From contig PCXQ01000006.1 of assembly GCA_002794035.1 (NCBI GenBank), positions 24,533-88,532 of the forward strand: a stretch of 64,000 nucleotides of DNA, read 5' to 3'. Of this stretch, positions 18,193 through 26,669 are shown piece after piece. This DNA is from Candidatus Yanofskybacteria bacterium CG10_big_fil_rev_8_21_14_0_10_36_16. GTDB taxonomy: Bacteria > Patescibacteriota > Minisyncoccia > 2-02-FULL-40-12 > IGHO2-01-FULL-4-A. Position numbers and translations under genes: made by a program. The notes below the pieces were generated by a model, which saw nothing but the letters and a program-made list of their open reading frames with translations, ran no database searches and was not told where the DNA came from. Each line of letters begins with the position of its first letter. The stretch's first letter is position 1.

Positions 18193-19962
18193 ATGGGTAA
18201 CATTATAATAATAATCTTGGGTATTTTCGGCTTGTTTGTCGGTTTTTTGTCTTACCTTAAAAGCAGAGAACTTAAAACAAAGCTTCAAACCCACATCTCG
18301 CTTGATACAGCAAGAGAAGAGGAGCTCAGCCAAAGAGTTTTTGAGCTATCCATATTAAAAGAGCTAGGAGAACGAGTAGGTTATTCTTTGGACGTCCAAA
18401 AAATTGTGGATGTAATTACTGGCTCCTTGCACCAATTTATAGAGTACAGCGCGGTATCATATATGTTTCTTGAGCCGGAAAAGATTGTATTTAAAATTCA
18501 TCTTGAGAAATCAGTGGACAGAAAATTCATTGATAATGTACGCGACAGAATGTTGCAGTCCTTATCGGCATTAATGAACAAGGAATTCGACAAAAGCCAA
18601 GTTGAAGAGTTTCTTTCAGGCGCCATACTTGTAGAAGATTTAAAACAACCAGTAAGGTCATTTTTCAATATTCCTATAGTAATCGCCAACAAAGTCATGG
18701 GAATATTAACTATCGCCCATACGGAAATAGGACTATACAAAGAAAAAGAAATGAGCATGCTTTATCGCATAATGCAGCAAGCATCAAGTGCTGTAACTCG
18801 TTTGCAAGAAGTAGTTGAAATAGAACAAAGGAAATTAAACTCAATGGTTGAAAGCATGACAGAGGGGGTTATTATGACCGACAAAGATTACAGAATCTTG
18901 GTAGCTAATCCTGCAGCTAGATCCGCAGTTGGACTAGAACAAGAAAAAGAAGTAACAATTTTTGATTTCATTGATAAATTAGGGGATAAGCTAGACATAA
19001 AAAATAAACTTGAGGAAAGCATACGTTTAGACAAGGTTCTTGAAGTAGAAGAGTTGCTTATAAATGACAAATTTTTTCAAGTTTTTGTATCTCCGGTCAA
19101 AAGCAAACAGGGCATTGAGAAAGGCAAAATCCTCGGAGGCGTTGTTATATTCCATGACATAACAAATGAAAAAGAAGTTGAGAAATTAAGAGAAGACTTC
19201 ACTTCTATAATGGTTCACGAATTAAGAGCTCCTCTTGATGGAATAAAAAAGAGAGCCGAGGTACTTAAAGAAGGATTGGGTATGGCAAAAGACCAAGCAG
19301 GCAAAGACGAAATCATGTCTGTTATTTATCAAAATGCCTCCCACATGCTAGAATTGGTTAATGACCTTCTTGATGTAGCTAAAATTGAAGCAGGTAAATT
19401 TGAACTTCGTAGAGAACCTTCGAATATTAAACAGATAATGAAAGAAAGGGTCAACTTCTTCAAAATTCTAGCCGAAGATGCTAAAATTGACTTGAGTTTT
19501 CAAGCCGCAGAAAACGTACCCGACGATCTGAATTTTGACCCATTAAGAATAGAACAAGTTTTAAATAATCTTATTTCAAATGCAATAAAGTTTACTGATG
19601 CAGGCGGAAGAGTGGTCGTACAAGCATTGATTCATCAAAATGGAAACAACATATCAGAGGAAGCAATCAGCAGTGGCATTGAGTGGCTAATTGATCCAAA
19701 TGATCCCAAATTAAAAAATTATCCCGATTCTTTAATTGTTGCTGTTACCGATACGGGAATCGGATTATCAAAAGAAAACATAATCCAGCTTTTCAATAAG
19801 TTCAAACAACTCCAATCATCCGCAAAAAGGAAAGAAAAGAAAGGCACAGGTCTTGGTTTGGTCATAGCAAAAGGAATTGTTGAAAGCCACAATGGAGTCA
19901 TTGGGGTAGGTTCTGAGGAAGGAAAGGGGAGCACATTTTACTTTACAATACCTATCAATTAA
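18193..19962 (+). CDS. GAF-PAS sensor histidine kinase
   Basis: N-terminal TM, GAF-like segment, PAS (EGVIMTD..ANPAA..FHDIT), HELRAPL, NLISNAIKFT, DTGIG, GTGLGL. Confidence 0.93.
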   Translation: MGNIIIIILGIFGLFVGFLSYLKSRELKTKLQTHISLDTAREEELSQRVFELSILKELGERVGYSLDVQKIVDVITGSLHQFIEYSAVSYMFLEPEKIVFKIHLEKSVDRKFIDNVRDRMLQSLSALMNKEFDKSQVEEFLSGAILVEDLKQPVRSFFNIPIVIANKVMGILTIAHTEIGLYKEKEMSMLYRIMQQASSAVTRLQEVVEIEQRKLNSMVESMTEGVIMTDKDYRILVANPAARSAVGLEQEKEVTIFDFIDKLGDKLDIKNKLEESIRLDKVLEVEELLINDKFFQVFVSPVKSKQGIEKGKILGGVVIFHDITNEKEVEKLREDFTSIMVHELRAPLDGIKKRAEVLKEGLGMAKDQAGKDEIMSVIYQNASHMLELVNDLLDVAKIEAGKFELRREPSNIKQIMKERVNFFKILAEDAKIDLSFQAAENVPDDLNFDPLRIEQVLNNLISNAIKFTDAGGRVVVQALIHQNGNNISEEAISSGIEWLIDPNDPKLKNYPDSLIVAVTDTGIGLSKENIIQLFNKFKQLQSSAKRKEKKGTGLGLVIAKGIVESHNGVIGVGSEEGKGSTFYFTIPIN

Positions 19963-20044
19963 ATTTTATGCGCTATAAGGCATCGCTGTACATATCGTAA
20001 AACGATACGAGCTGCGCCACCGTATACCGCAATATGAATAACAA

Positions 20045-20431
20045 ATGTCTAAAAAAATACTTGTCGTTGATGACGAAGAATTTGTATTAAAAGCATTGTC
20101 TGACAAGCTTCAACAGTCAGGATTTGAGGTGTTTGAAGCATCAGACGGCGAAGAAGGTCTTGATGCAGCATTCAAAAACCATCCAGATCTAATTTTGCTT
20201 GATGTTGTAATGCCAAAAATGGACGGCATTGAGGTCATGAAAAAACTAAGGCAAGACAACTGGGGCAAGGATGTGCCATTGATTCTTCTTACCCGTCTTG
20301 AACCAGACGATAATATGCTTCAGGAAATTATCGCTAATAAACCCACTTACTACTTAGTTAAAAGCAATTACAGAATAGAGGACGTAGTAAATAAAGTAAA
20401 AGAAAAACTCGGAATGCCTGTGGAAGAATAA
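20045..20431 (+). CDS. Single-domain response regulator
   Basis: ILVVDDE, PDLILLDVVMPKMDG, LLT, LVK. Confidence 0.93.
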   Translation: MSKKILVVDDEEFVLKALSDKLQQSGFEVFEASDGEEGLDAAFKNHPDLILLDVVMPKMDGIEVMKKLRQDNWGKDVPLILLTRLEPDDNMLQEIIANKPTYYLVKSNYRIEDVVNKVKEKLGMPVEE

Positions 20432-20531
20432 AAGACACTATATAAAAAAACAGACGTATTAATGTCTGTTTTTTTATATAAGTCATATTTATTCTCTTGA
20501 TATAATGCCAAAAATATAGTAATATAAAAAT

Positions 20532-20606
<75 letters not shown>

Positions 20607-20655
20607 ATTTTTAAGCGTAAAAATTGCGTCGAAATGAGCACATTTCAACGTACTT

Positions 20656-20681
20656 AAAAAATACCCATTTGGGTATTTTTT
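20656..20681 (+). terminator. Putative terminator after tRNA-fMet
   Basis: AAAAAATACCC-attt-GGGTATTTTTT. Confidence 0.6.
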
Positions 20682-20755
20682 GTTTCAACTAATTATGCGG
20701 TAGGATTTGAACCGCGGGTCGCAGGCGAAGCCGTAGATGCCGAGTACTCTCGGCG

Positions 20756-20777
20756 TCAAATCCTACCCCCGCAACCA
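20756..20777 (+). repeat. Direct repeat of the tRNA-fMet 3' end (att-like)
   Basis: TCAAATCCTACCCCCGCAACCA identical to 20585-20606; inverted T-arm copy at 20699-20713. Confidence 0.85.
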
Positions 20778-20998
20778 TCCTACGCCAAAACCGCCTAAAA
20801 GGCGGTTTTGGCTTCGGAATGGTTCTGCGAGAATAGCATTCCGAAAGTTTACTGAAGGATACCCCACAATTGAGCGAGGGCGACCTAAGGAAGCCCCGCG
20901 GGGCGAAAACGTACTGAGGTCAATAGACCGAATGTGCAACAAACGAACGGATGTGGAGGGGCAAATATTGATCCCGCCCTTGAATCTCAAGAGCGGGA

Positions 20999-21027
20999 TT
21001 GACAGAATAGTATATTTTTGCTATTCT
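20999..21027 (+). promoter_or_regulatory. Sigma70-type promoter
   Basis: TTGACA-N17-TATTCT upstream of ATG 21064. Confidence 0.6.
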
Positions 21028-21063
21028 GTTTTTAGTTATTTAAGAATAAGGAGATTGGCAACG

Positions 21064-21642
21064 ATGAGCAGAGAAACGCGGCAAAAATCTAGGTTTGAGC
21101 TTATCGAAAGCAAAAAAACTTTTCTTGTAGGACATTATGTTTATTCTAACGGTCTTGATTCACCGGACATTGTTTCCTTAAGTTCAGGCAGAATTATACT
21201 TAACTTGGCAGAACAAGAGAACCTTGTTGCAGATGAAGAGAAGCAAGAAATATTAGCCCAGCTTGAAAATTCTGGGCTCCCAGAAAACGATCCCGCAAGG
21301 TTTGAACTTTGCGATTGTCCAAATACTATACCCCCTGGATATTTCTATACTTCTAAAGGAAACGTGTCATGTGTTATATTTTCCCTAAGTTTGGGCAGGC
21401 AAGTCCTTAAAATGGGACAAGAAATTCCAATTTTTTTGAATGAGGATGCTGAGGTAATGCTAACTCAGCTAGAAGCATCAGGTCTTCCAGAAAACGATCC
21501 CAGCCCAGAAGAAATCCGGAATGCAAATAAAAAAGCCCAAGAAGTTGAATTTGAAAAAATGTTGTTGAAAGATATGGGCATTCCCAAGAATGAAATCGAA
21601 GCTTTTCTGTCAGGAGGTCTCCCTGACACAGAAGAAAACTAA
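21064..21642 (+). CDS. Hypothetical protein with internal duplication
   Basis: AAGGAG RBS before ATG 21064; repeats ILAQLENSGLPENDP / MLTQLEASGLPENDP. Confidence 0.65.
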   Translation: MSRETRQKSRFELIESKKTFLVGHYVYSNGLDSPDIVSLSSGRIILNLAEQENLVADEEKQEILAQLENSGLPENDPARFELCDCPNTIPPGYFYTSKGNVSCVIFSLSLGRQVLKMGQEIPIFLNEDAEVMLTQLEASGLPENDPSPEEIRNANKKAQEVEFEKMLLKDMGIPKNEIEAFLSGGLPDTEEN

Positions 21643-21658
21643 GTTCACATAAAACCAC

Positions 21659-21734
21659 AGCCCCGCCGTAGCGGGGTTATTTTATTTTTAATTATAGAAT
21701 TTTTCATACAAAAACCCCGCTACGGCGGGGTTTT
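21659..21734. terminator. Pair of mutually inverted terminator hairpins between convergent genes
   Basis: CCCCGCCGTAGCGGGG and its reverse complement CCCCGCTACGGCGGGG, with A/T tails. Confidence 0.75.
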
Positions 21735-21754
21735 AATGTTTTCAATTATTACTA

Positions 21755-21949
21755 CTATCTTAGAAAAATAACCTGAGATGCAACCATAGCTGATGACAAC
21801 AAATCAATTGTGTTAACCATGTGACTGAACACGGCAAGCATTATGCCTGCAAACGTAGCAACAAACATATGATAAATCATACTCATACCAGCTGCTTGTT
21901 TTTGCTTTCTAGAAACCTTCAAAACCTTACTATGTTTTTTTGAAGCCAT
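21755..21949 (-). CDS. Small membrane protein
   Basis: AGGAGG upstream on the minus strand; basic N-terminus and hydrophobic C-terminus. Confidence 0.6.
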   Translation of the reverse strand: MASKKHSKVLKVSRKQKQAAGMSMIYHMFVATFAGIMLAVFSHMVNTIDLLSSAMVASQVIFLR

Positions 21950-22165
21950 GTTTATAATTCCCTCCTATTAATTACAAACTATGAAGCGCGAATTGCACTC
22001 TTAGTAACTAAATAGTGTATTTATTGCTAGTTTAGGAGTGCAGAGCCCAAATAATAAGAGTTTGGATTCTGTACTTTTATTATTATACCACCTTGAAATA
22101 CATAGGAAAATACGATATTATCAACATTAGAATTAATCGTTCTAAAAATATAAAAATTACCAATT

Positions 22166-22246
22166 GCCGGTGTAGTTCAACGGCTACCTGCCCGCCAATC
22201 GCCTGACGGCTCAAGCCAGATGGCAGGCGGGGAACGAAGGACTCAT
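22166..22246 (+). pseudogene. 5' half of a tRNA(CAT), interrupted by a palindromic insert
   Basis: Removing 22187-22231 gives GCCGGTGTAGTTCAACGGCTAGAACGAAGGACTCAT (acceptor 5' strand, D-stem GTTC/GAAC, anticodon CAT); no matching 3' half found. Confidence 0.6.
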
Positions 22247-22261
22247 GCTACTCAATTTTTT

Positions 22262-22335
22262 GGCAGGGTAGCTCAGCTGGTTAGAGCGAGGGACTCATAA
22301 GCCCTAGGTCGCGGGTTCGAATCCCGCCCCTGTCA
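22262..22335 (+). tRNA. tRNA(CAT), elongator Met or Ile2
   Basis: GGCAGGG/CCCTGTC acceptor, GCTC/GAGC D-stem, CTCATAA loop, GGTTCGAATCC; no encoded CCA. Confidence 0.9.
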
Positions 22336-22590
22336 CTGCCAAAAAATTGAGTAACTAAACAAACCTAGACACCCCACCATGGTGGGGTCATCGATGCTAT
22401 ATATGAAATCCCTATGGTTTTCCGCACGGAAAATCATAGGGATTTCATTTTTATTTAATTTTCATATATACTAGGTTAGGCAATTAATTTTACAATTTTC
22501 AATTTTTAATTTTCAACAAATAAATTTTAACATTAAAAAATATAATATTAGTAAATTTAGTTTAGAAATTAGAAATTAAAAATTTTTATT

Positions 22591-24093
22591 GTGTTTAGAG
22601 GTAAAACTTTCAAAGACTTCTTAATACGTCCGCAAAAAAGCGTAATAATCTCCAGAAGAAAAGGAGTGGATTTGTCGTTGCCGTTATCAAGCAACATAAC
22701 GCTTCAATTGCCTATTGTTGGTGCCAACATGGATACAGTTTCCGGACCCAAATCTGCTAAAGCAGCAGCCATGGAAGGCGGAATAGTTTTCTTACCCCGC
22801 AATTGTTCCATAAAAAAACAAGCTGGATGGGTTAGGGAGGTAAAAAGACAACATGCTTTTGTTGTTGACAATCCAGTAAGCGTTGAAAAAGACATGACAA
22901 TAGAAGAAGCAAAAGAAATCATTGATAAACACAAACAGGAAGGACTACGCATAAGCGGACTACTAGTTGAACAATCAAAAAATAGCAATAAGCTGTCGGG
23001 TATATTAACTGACAGAGATATTAAATATGGACTAAGCCACAAAAACAACAACATGAGAAAAGTGAGTGATTTTATGACTTCGTTTAAAGACGGAAGGCTC
23101 ATAACTGCAACTCCCGGTATTAATATAGAAGATGCCGAAAAAATAATGCTTGAGAGTCGCAAAGAAAAACTGCCCTTAGTAGATGAGGTTGGCAACATAA
23201 AGGGTCTTATAACCATGAGAGACATCACCACATTCAAAAACAAACCCTATTCAAATAGAGATAAGAAGGGGCGCCTTAGAGTAGGTGCAGCAATAGGGGC
23301 AAGAGGTGATTATCTTGAACGAGCCGAAGAACTCATCAAAGAAGGGGTGGACTGCATACTGATTGATATAGCTCACTTTGACTCAGAAGTAGGGCACAGT
23401 GCAGCAGTAGAGTTTAGAAAAAAATTCCCAGACACAGAGCTTGTATGTGGCAACATGGCAACATCAAAAGCAGTTGAAAGAGCATTAGAACTTGGAATAA
23501 ATATAAACGCAGTCAAAATAGGCATCGGACCCGGCAGAGGATGCAGAACCCGCCTTGAAACAAATTTTGGGGTACCACAGCTTCAAGCAATAAGAGAGGC
23601 ATATCTTGTAATACGCCGAGCCCAATTAACCGGAATGACAAATTACAATGTTCCCATAATTGCCGACGGGGGCATTAATTACAAGGGAGGAATCGCTCTG
23701 TCTTTACTTTGTGGAGCATCATCAGTAATGCTCGGAAGTATGCTTGCTGGCACGCGCGAAGCGCCGGGAATACTTTATAAAGATCCTAAAACAAAACAAC
23801 TTATGAAGATTTACAGAGGAATGACCTCCCCTGAAGCAGTAATTGACAGTCACGATGACGAAGGAGAAGCACTCGATGCCCTTGAAACTCCAGCCGAAGG
23901 GCAATCCGTTCCTGTTCAATATACAGGCCCCATGGAAGATCTCCTAAAAGAAATAAGAGGTGTATTGGCATCCGCAGTAAGTTATGCAGGAGAAGAAACC
24001 CTAGCCAATGCTCGAGAAAAGATATCCCAAAATCCAGAACGCTATATTGTGCCATTGTCTGAAGCATCGAAGCATGAATCTTTTGATAGATAG
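22591..24093 (+). CDS. IMP dehydrogenase/GMP reductase family protein with CBS pair
   Basis: ANMDTV, CBS (GILTDRDI, EKLPLVD), IDIAH, KIGIGPGxxC, ADGGI, MLGSMLAG, YRGM. Confidence 0.88.
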   Translation: MFRGKTFKDFLIRPQKSVIISRRKGVDLSLPLSSNITLQLPIVGANMDTVSGPKSAKAAAMEGGIVFLPRNCSIKKQAGWVREVKRQHAFVVDNPVSVEKDMTIEEAKEIIDKHKQEGLRISGLLVEQSKNSNKLSGILTDRDIKYGLSHKNNNMRKVSDFMTSFKDGRLITATPGINIEDAEKIMLESRKEKLPLVDEVGNIKGLITMRDITTFKNKPYSNRDKKGRLRVGAAIGARGDYLERAEELIKEGVDCILIDIAHFDSEVGHSAAVEFRKKFPDTELVCGNMATSKAVERALELGININAVKIGIGPGRGCRTRLETNFGVPQLQAIREAYLVIRRAQLTGMTNYNVPIIADGGINYKGGIALSLLCGASSVMLGSMLAGTREAPGILYKDPKTKQLMKIYRGMTSPEAVIDSHDDEGEALDALETPAEGQSVPVQYTGPMEDLLKEIRGVLASAVSYAGEETLANAREKISQNPERYIVPLSEASKHESFDR

Positions 24094-24270
24094 AACTTAC
24101 GCGGTAAAAAATATGAACCCCTAAAAAAATGGGGCTTACATATTTTTTACCCACAGGGGTTTGAAACAATTTCTTTGTTAAAATTTCCGCTTGGCACTCG
24201 ACGTACTATTTGTACGCCTCGTGCCAATGCTCTATTTTGCCTCGAAATTGCTCAAACGCGTAAAGTTCTA
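24091..24270. repeat. 180-bp structured element with inverted ends
   Basis: TAGAACTTACGCG...CGCGTAAAGTTCTA ends; nested hairpins; shares a TTTGTT..GTAC..GTAC..GCCTCGAA module with the ogt insert. Confidence 0.65.
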
Positions 24271-24391
24271 AAAACTGTTTTTTAATATTGAATTTATTAT
24301 AAAAATGGGTTATAGTGTTTTCATGATGTTGGGGGGGGTTATCCCCACACTCATTTGTCGCACATCATCTATGAAATCGACAAATTAGTGT

Positions 24392-24465
24392 GGGGGCGTA
24401 GCTCAACTGGTCAGAGCGCTGCCCTGTCACGGCAGAGGTTGCGGGTTCAAGTCCCGTCGCTCCCG
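24392..24465 (+). tRNA. tRNA-Asp (GTC)
   Basis: GGGGGCG/CGCTCCC acceptor, CTGCC-CTGTCAC-GGCAG anticodon arm, GGTTCAAGTCC, G73. Confidence 0.93.
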
Positions 24466-24708
24466 CTTCAATAAATTAAAACGGCATAAATGCTGTTTTA
24501 ATTTGGTGCAATGTTTGAGAGTAAGGGGACTTGAACAGTCCCGCAAAGCGGGACAAGGTTCAGCTCAAATTTTTAACGCCCCGCTGTGTTTCGTAAACTC
24601 AACACAAAGCGGGACTAAATTTGAGGATTAAAGCCAAGCAGTTGGCTTTAATCGCCGTCGCTCCCGCTTCAATAAATTAAAACGGCATAAATGCTATTTT
24701 AATTTGGT
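24454..24708. repeat. 54-bp direct repeat of the tRNA-Asp 3' end and downstream DNA, enclosing a structured spacer
   Basis: 24454-24507 vs 24655-24708 (1 mismatch); inverted T-arm GGGACTTGAAC at 24526-24536. Confidence 0.85.
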
Positions 24709-24807
24709 ATAAATTATAGAAACAATTATTTTTTATTCATACAGCCCTTAAGAATTTCAAAGGCTAAGTTTGCCAAAAAAAACAGATACTGCTAAATTAA
24801 AGATAAT

Positions 24808-25965
24808 ATGGAAATTAAAATTGATTATGAGAAAGAAAAACAACTAAGAGAGGAGCTGTCTAAAAAAGACGATCCTGACAGCAAGCGCTTAAAGCGCTTT
24901 TTGGATATGCCAGACCTCACCCGCACGCCGGGCAGTCCTATACACGAAATAACAAAACGAATCATAGACCTGCCTGATTTTAAGGATTTTGATACCGTAG
25001 AAGCCCCTGAAATAGTACCGGCTGATATTAGCTTTGATCTCTTTAATTTCCCGGAAGATCACCCAGCCCGAAGCAAATCCGACACATACTATGCGGATGA
25101 CAAAAACATTCTCCGCACTCACACAACTGTCATGTGGTACTACTACCTTATGAATGAAAAGATAAGAGAAAGGATTAAAAATCTTGAATCAATAGGCTCT
25201 TTGTCTCATGGAAAAGTTTATCGAAAAGATGAAATAGACCGAAATCACATGAACGTTTTCCACCAAATGGATGGATGGTATTTAACACCCCGCGATAAAA
25301 AAGTCATCGGCATTGAAGATCTACAGGACGTTTTAGTAAAAATTGCACAGGCAGTTTTTGGTAAAGACATTAAATACAGATTTAACCAAGATGAGTTCCC
25401 ATACACAGATCCGAGCGTTGAAATGGAAGTTGAAGTTGGCCCTTCGACAAACTCAGGACAAGCTCGCTGGATTGAGGTGCTTGGCAGTGGAATAGTTAGG
25501 GGAGTCGTGCTTGAAAAACTAGACGTTGATTCAAAAATATACAACGGATGGGCTTTTGGGTTCGGTCTTGAGCGTTTGGCAATAATTAGCATGGACTTGC
25601 CCGATATTCGATTGCTTTGGTCAGATGATTCAAGAGTAAAAAAACAGCTTAAACTAGGCAAAAAATTCAAAGAAGTAAGCAAATACCCGCCAATCACAAG
25701 AGATATTTCGTTTATTGTTTCAAAAGATTTTGTACCAAATAATTACTTCGATTTAATAAGAGATTTAGGCGGAGATCTCATAGAGGAGGTACAGCTGATA
25801 GACAAATATGAAGATGACAGCAAGTTTGGTAAAGATAAAATGAGTTATACCTATCGCATAATCTACCGAAGCATGGAACGTACTCTCACAAACGAAGAGG
25901 TAGATGAAATAAATGATAAAGTTTATGAGCAAACAAAATCTCAGTTCCAAGCTGAATTGAGATAG
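24808..25965 (+). CDS. pheS: Phenylalanine-tRNA ligase, single-chain type (alpha catalytic domain + FDX-ACB)
   Basis: HPARSKSDTYY, LRTHTT, YRKDEIDRNH..FHQ, FPYTDPS, GWAFGFGLERL; C-terminal SKYPPITRDISF..YRSMERTLTNEEV..ELR. Confidence 0.92.
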   Translation: MEIKIDYEKEKQLREELSKKDDPDSKRLKRFLDMPDLTRTPGSPIHEITKRIIDLPDFKDFDTVEAPEIVPADISFDLFNFPEDHPARSKSDTYYADDKNILRTHTTVMWYYYLMNEKIRERIKNLESIGSLSHGKVYRKDEIDRNHMNVFHQMDGWYLTPRDKKVIGIEDLQDVLVKIAQAVFGKDIKYRFNQDEFPYTDPSVEMEVEVGPSTNSGQARWIEVLGSGIVRGVVLEKLDVDSKIYNGWAFGFGLERLAIISMDLPDIRLLWSDDSRVKKQLKLGKKFKEVSKYPPITRDISFIVSKDFVPNNYFDLIRDLGGDLIEEVQLIDKYEDDSKFGKDKMSYTYRIIYRSMERTLTNEEVDEINDKVYEQTKSQFQAELR

Positions 25966-25972
25966 TACTTTA

Positions 25973-26443
25973 GTGGAAATATTACTGAAAAAATCATACT
26001 TAACAATGATTAAAAATAGCATAGGAACAAAAATGTTCCGAAATCTTTTTGCCTATTTAGAAAATGGTGAGGAAAAAGACATTTTACAAAACGGCAAAAA
26101 CTCCTGTGCTGTTTTTGTTTCTGCTGTGTTATATATGAGCAAATTAATTGAAAGCATGCACGCAACAGTTGCCAGCACAGTGAAAGATCTGGAAAAATCA
26201 GGATGGGGAAAGGTTGAAAATCCGAAATCAGGAGACGTTTTGGTTTGGGAACCATTTCTCTGGCCCGGAGATAAAGAAAAACATGAGCACATAGGTTTCT
26301 ATATTGGAGATGAAAAAGCCATAAGCAATGACTCCAAATCCGGCACACCACAAGAACATCACATCACATACGGCGAAGAAAGCGGTTCTCCTGTTAGAAA
26401 AATTACGGCAATTTATAGACATCCAAAAATAAATAGTAAATAA
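25973..26443 (+). CDS. Papain-like (NlpC/P60 or CHAP-like) protein
   Basis: SCAVFVS (Cys), PKSGDVLVW, HIGFY (His). Confidence 0.6.
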   Translation: MEILLKKSYLTMIKNSIGTKMFRNLFAYLENGEEKDILQNGKNSCAVFVSAVLYMSKLIESMHATVASTVKDLEKSGWGKVENPKSGDVLVWEPFLWPGDKEKHEHIGFYIGDEKAISNDSKSGTPQEHHITYGEESGSPVRKITAIYRHPKINSK

Positions 26444-26669
26444 GTAGTATCTGGCACATCTAAAAAAGCCAATAAAACACGTTTTTGTTGGCTTTTTTGC
26501 TTATTTTTGGGGGATAATTTAAGTTGATTATAATTGTCAAAAATGATAGTATAAAATAGTTAAGGGACCGCCCAATAACTCACATAATGGGTGGTCTATT
26601 TAGTAAACCATCAATTCCTCCGCCTTATAGTTCCACTAAATTAGGACCAGCGGATGAACCTTCAACAAG

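Noticed and set aside
20737-21063. N-terminal 109 aa of the 301-aa ORF
   Set aside because: It runs through the tRNA 3' repeat and hairpins; a promoter and RBS point to ATG 21064.
22247-22450. Group I intron after the CAT anticodon
   Set aside because: The position resembles known tRNA-Ile(CAU) introns, but I could not find a P7 pairing, the conserved core or a 3' exon.
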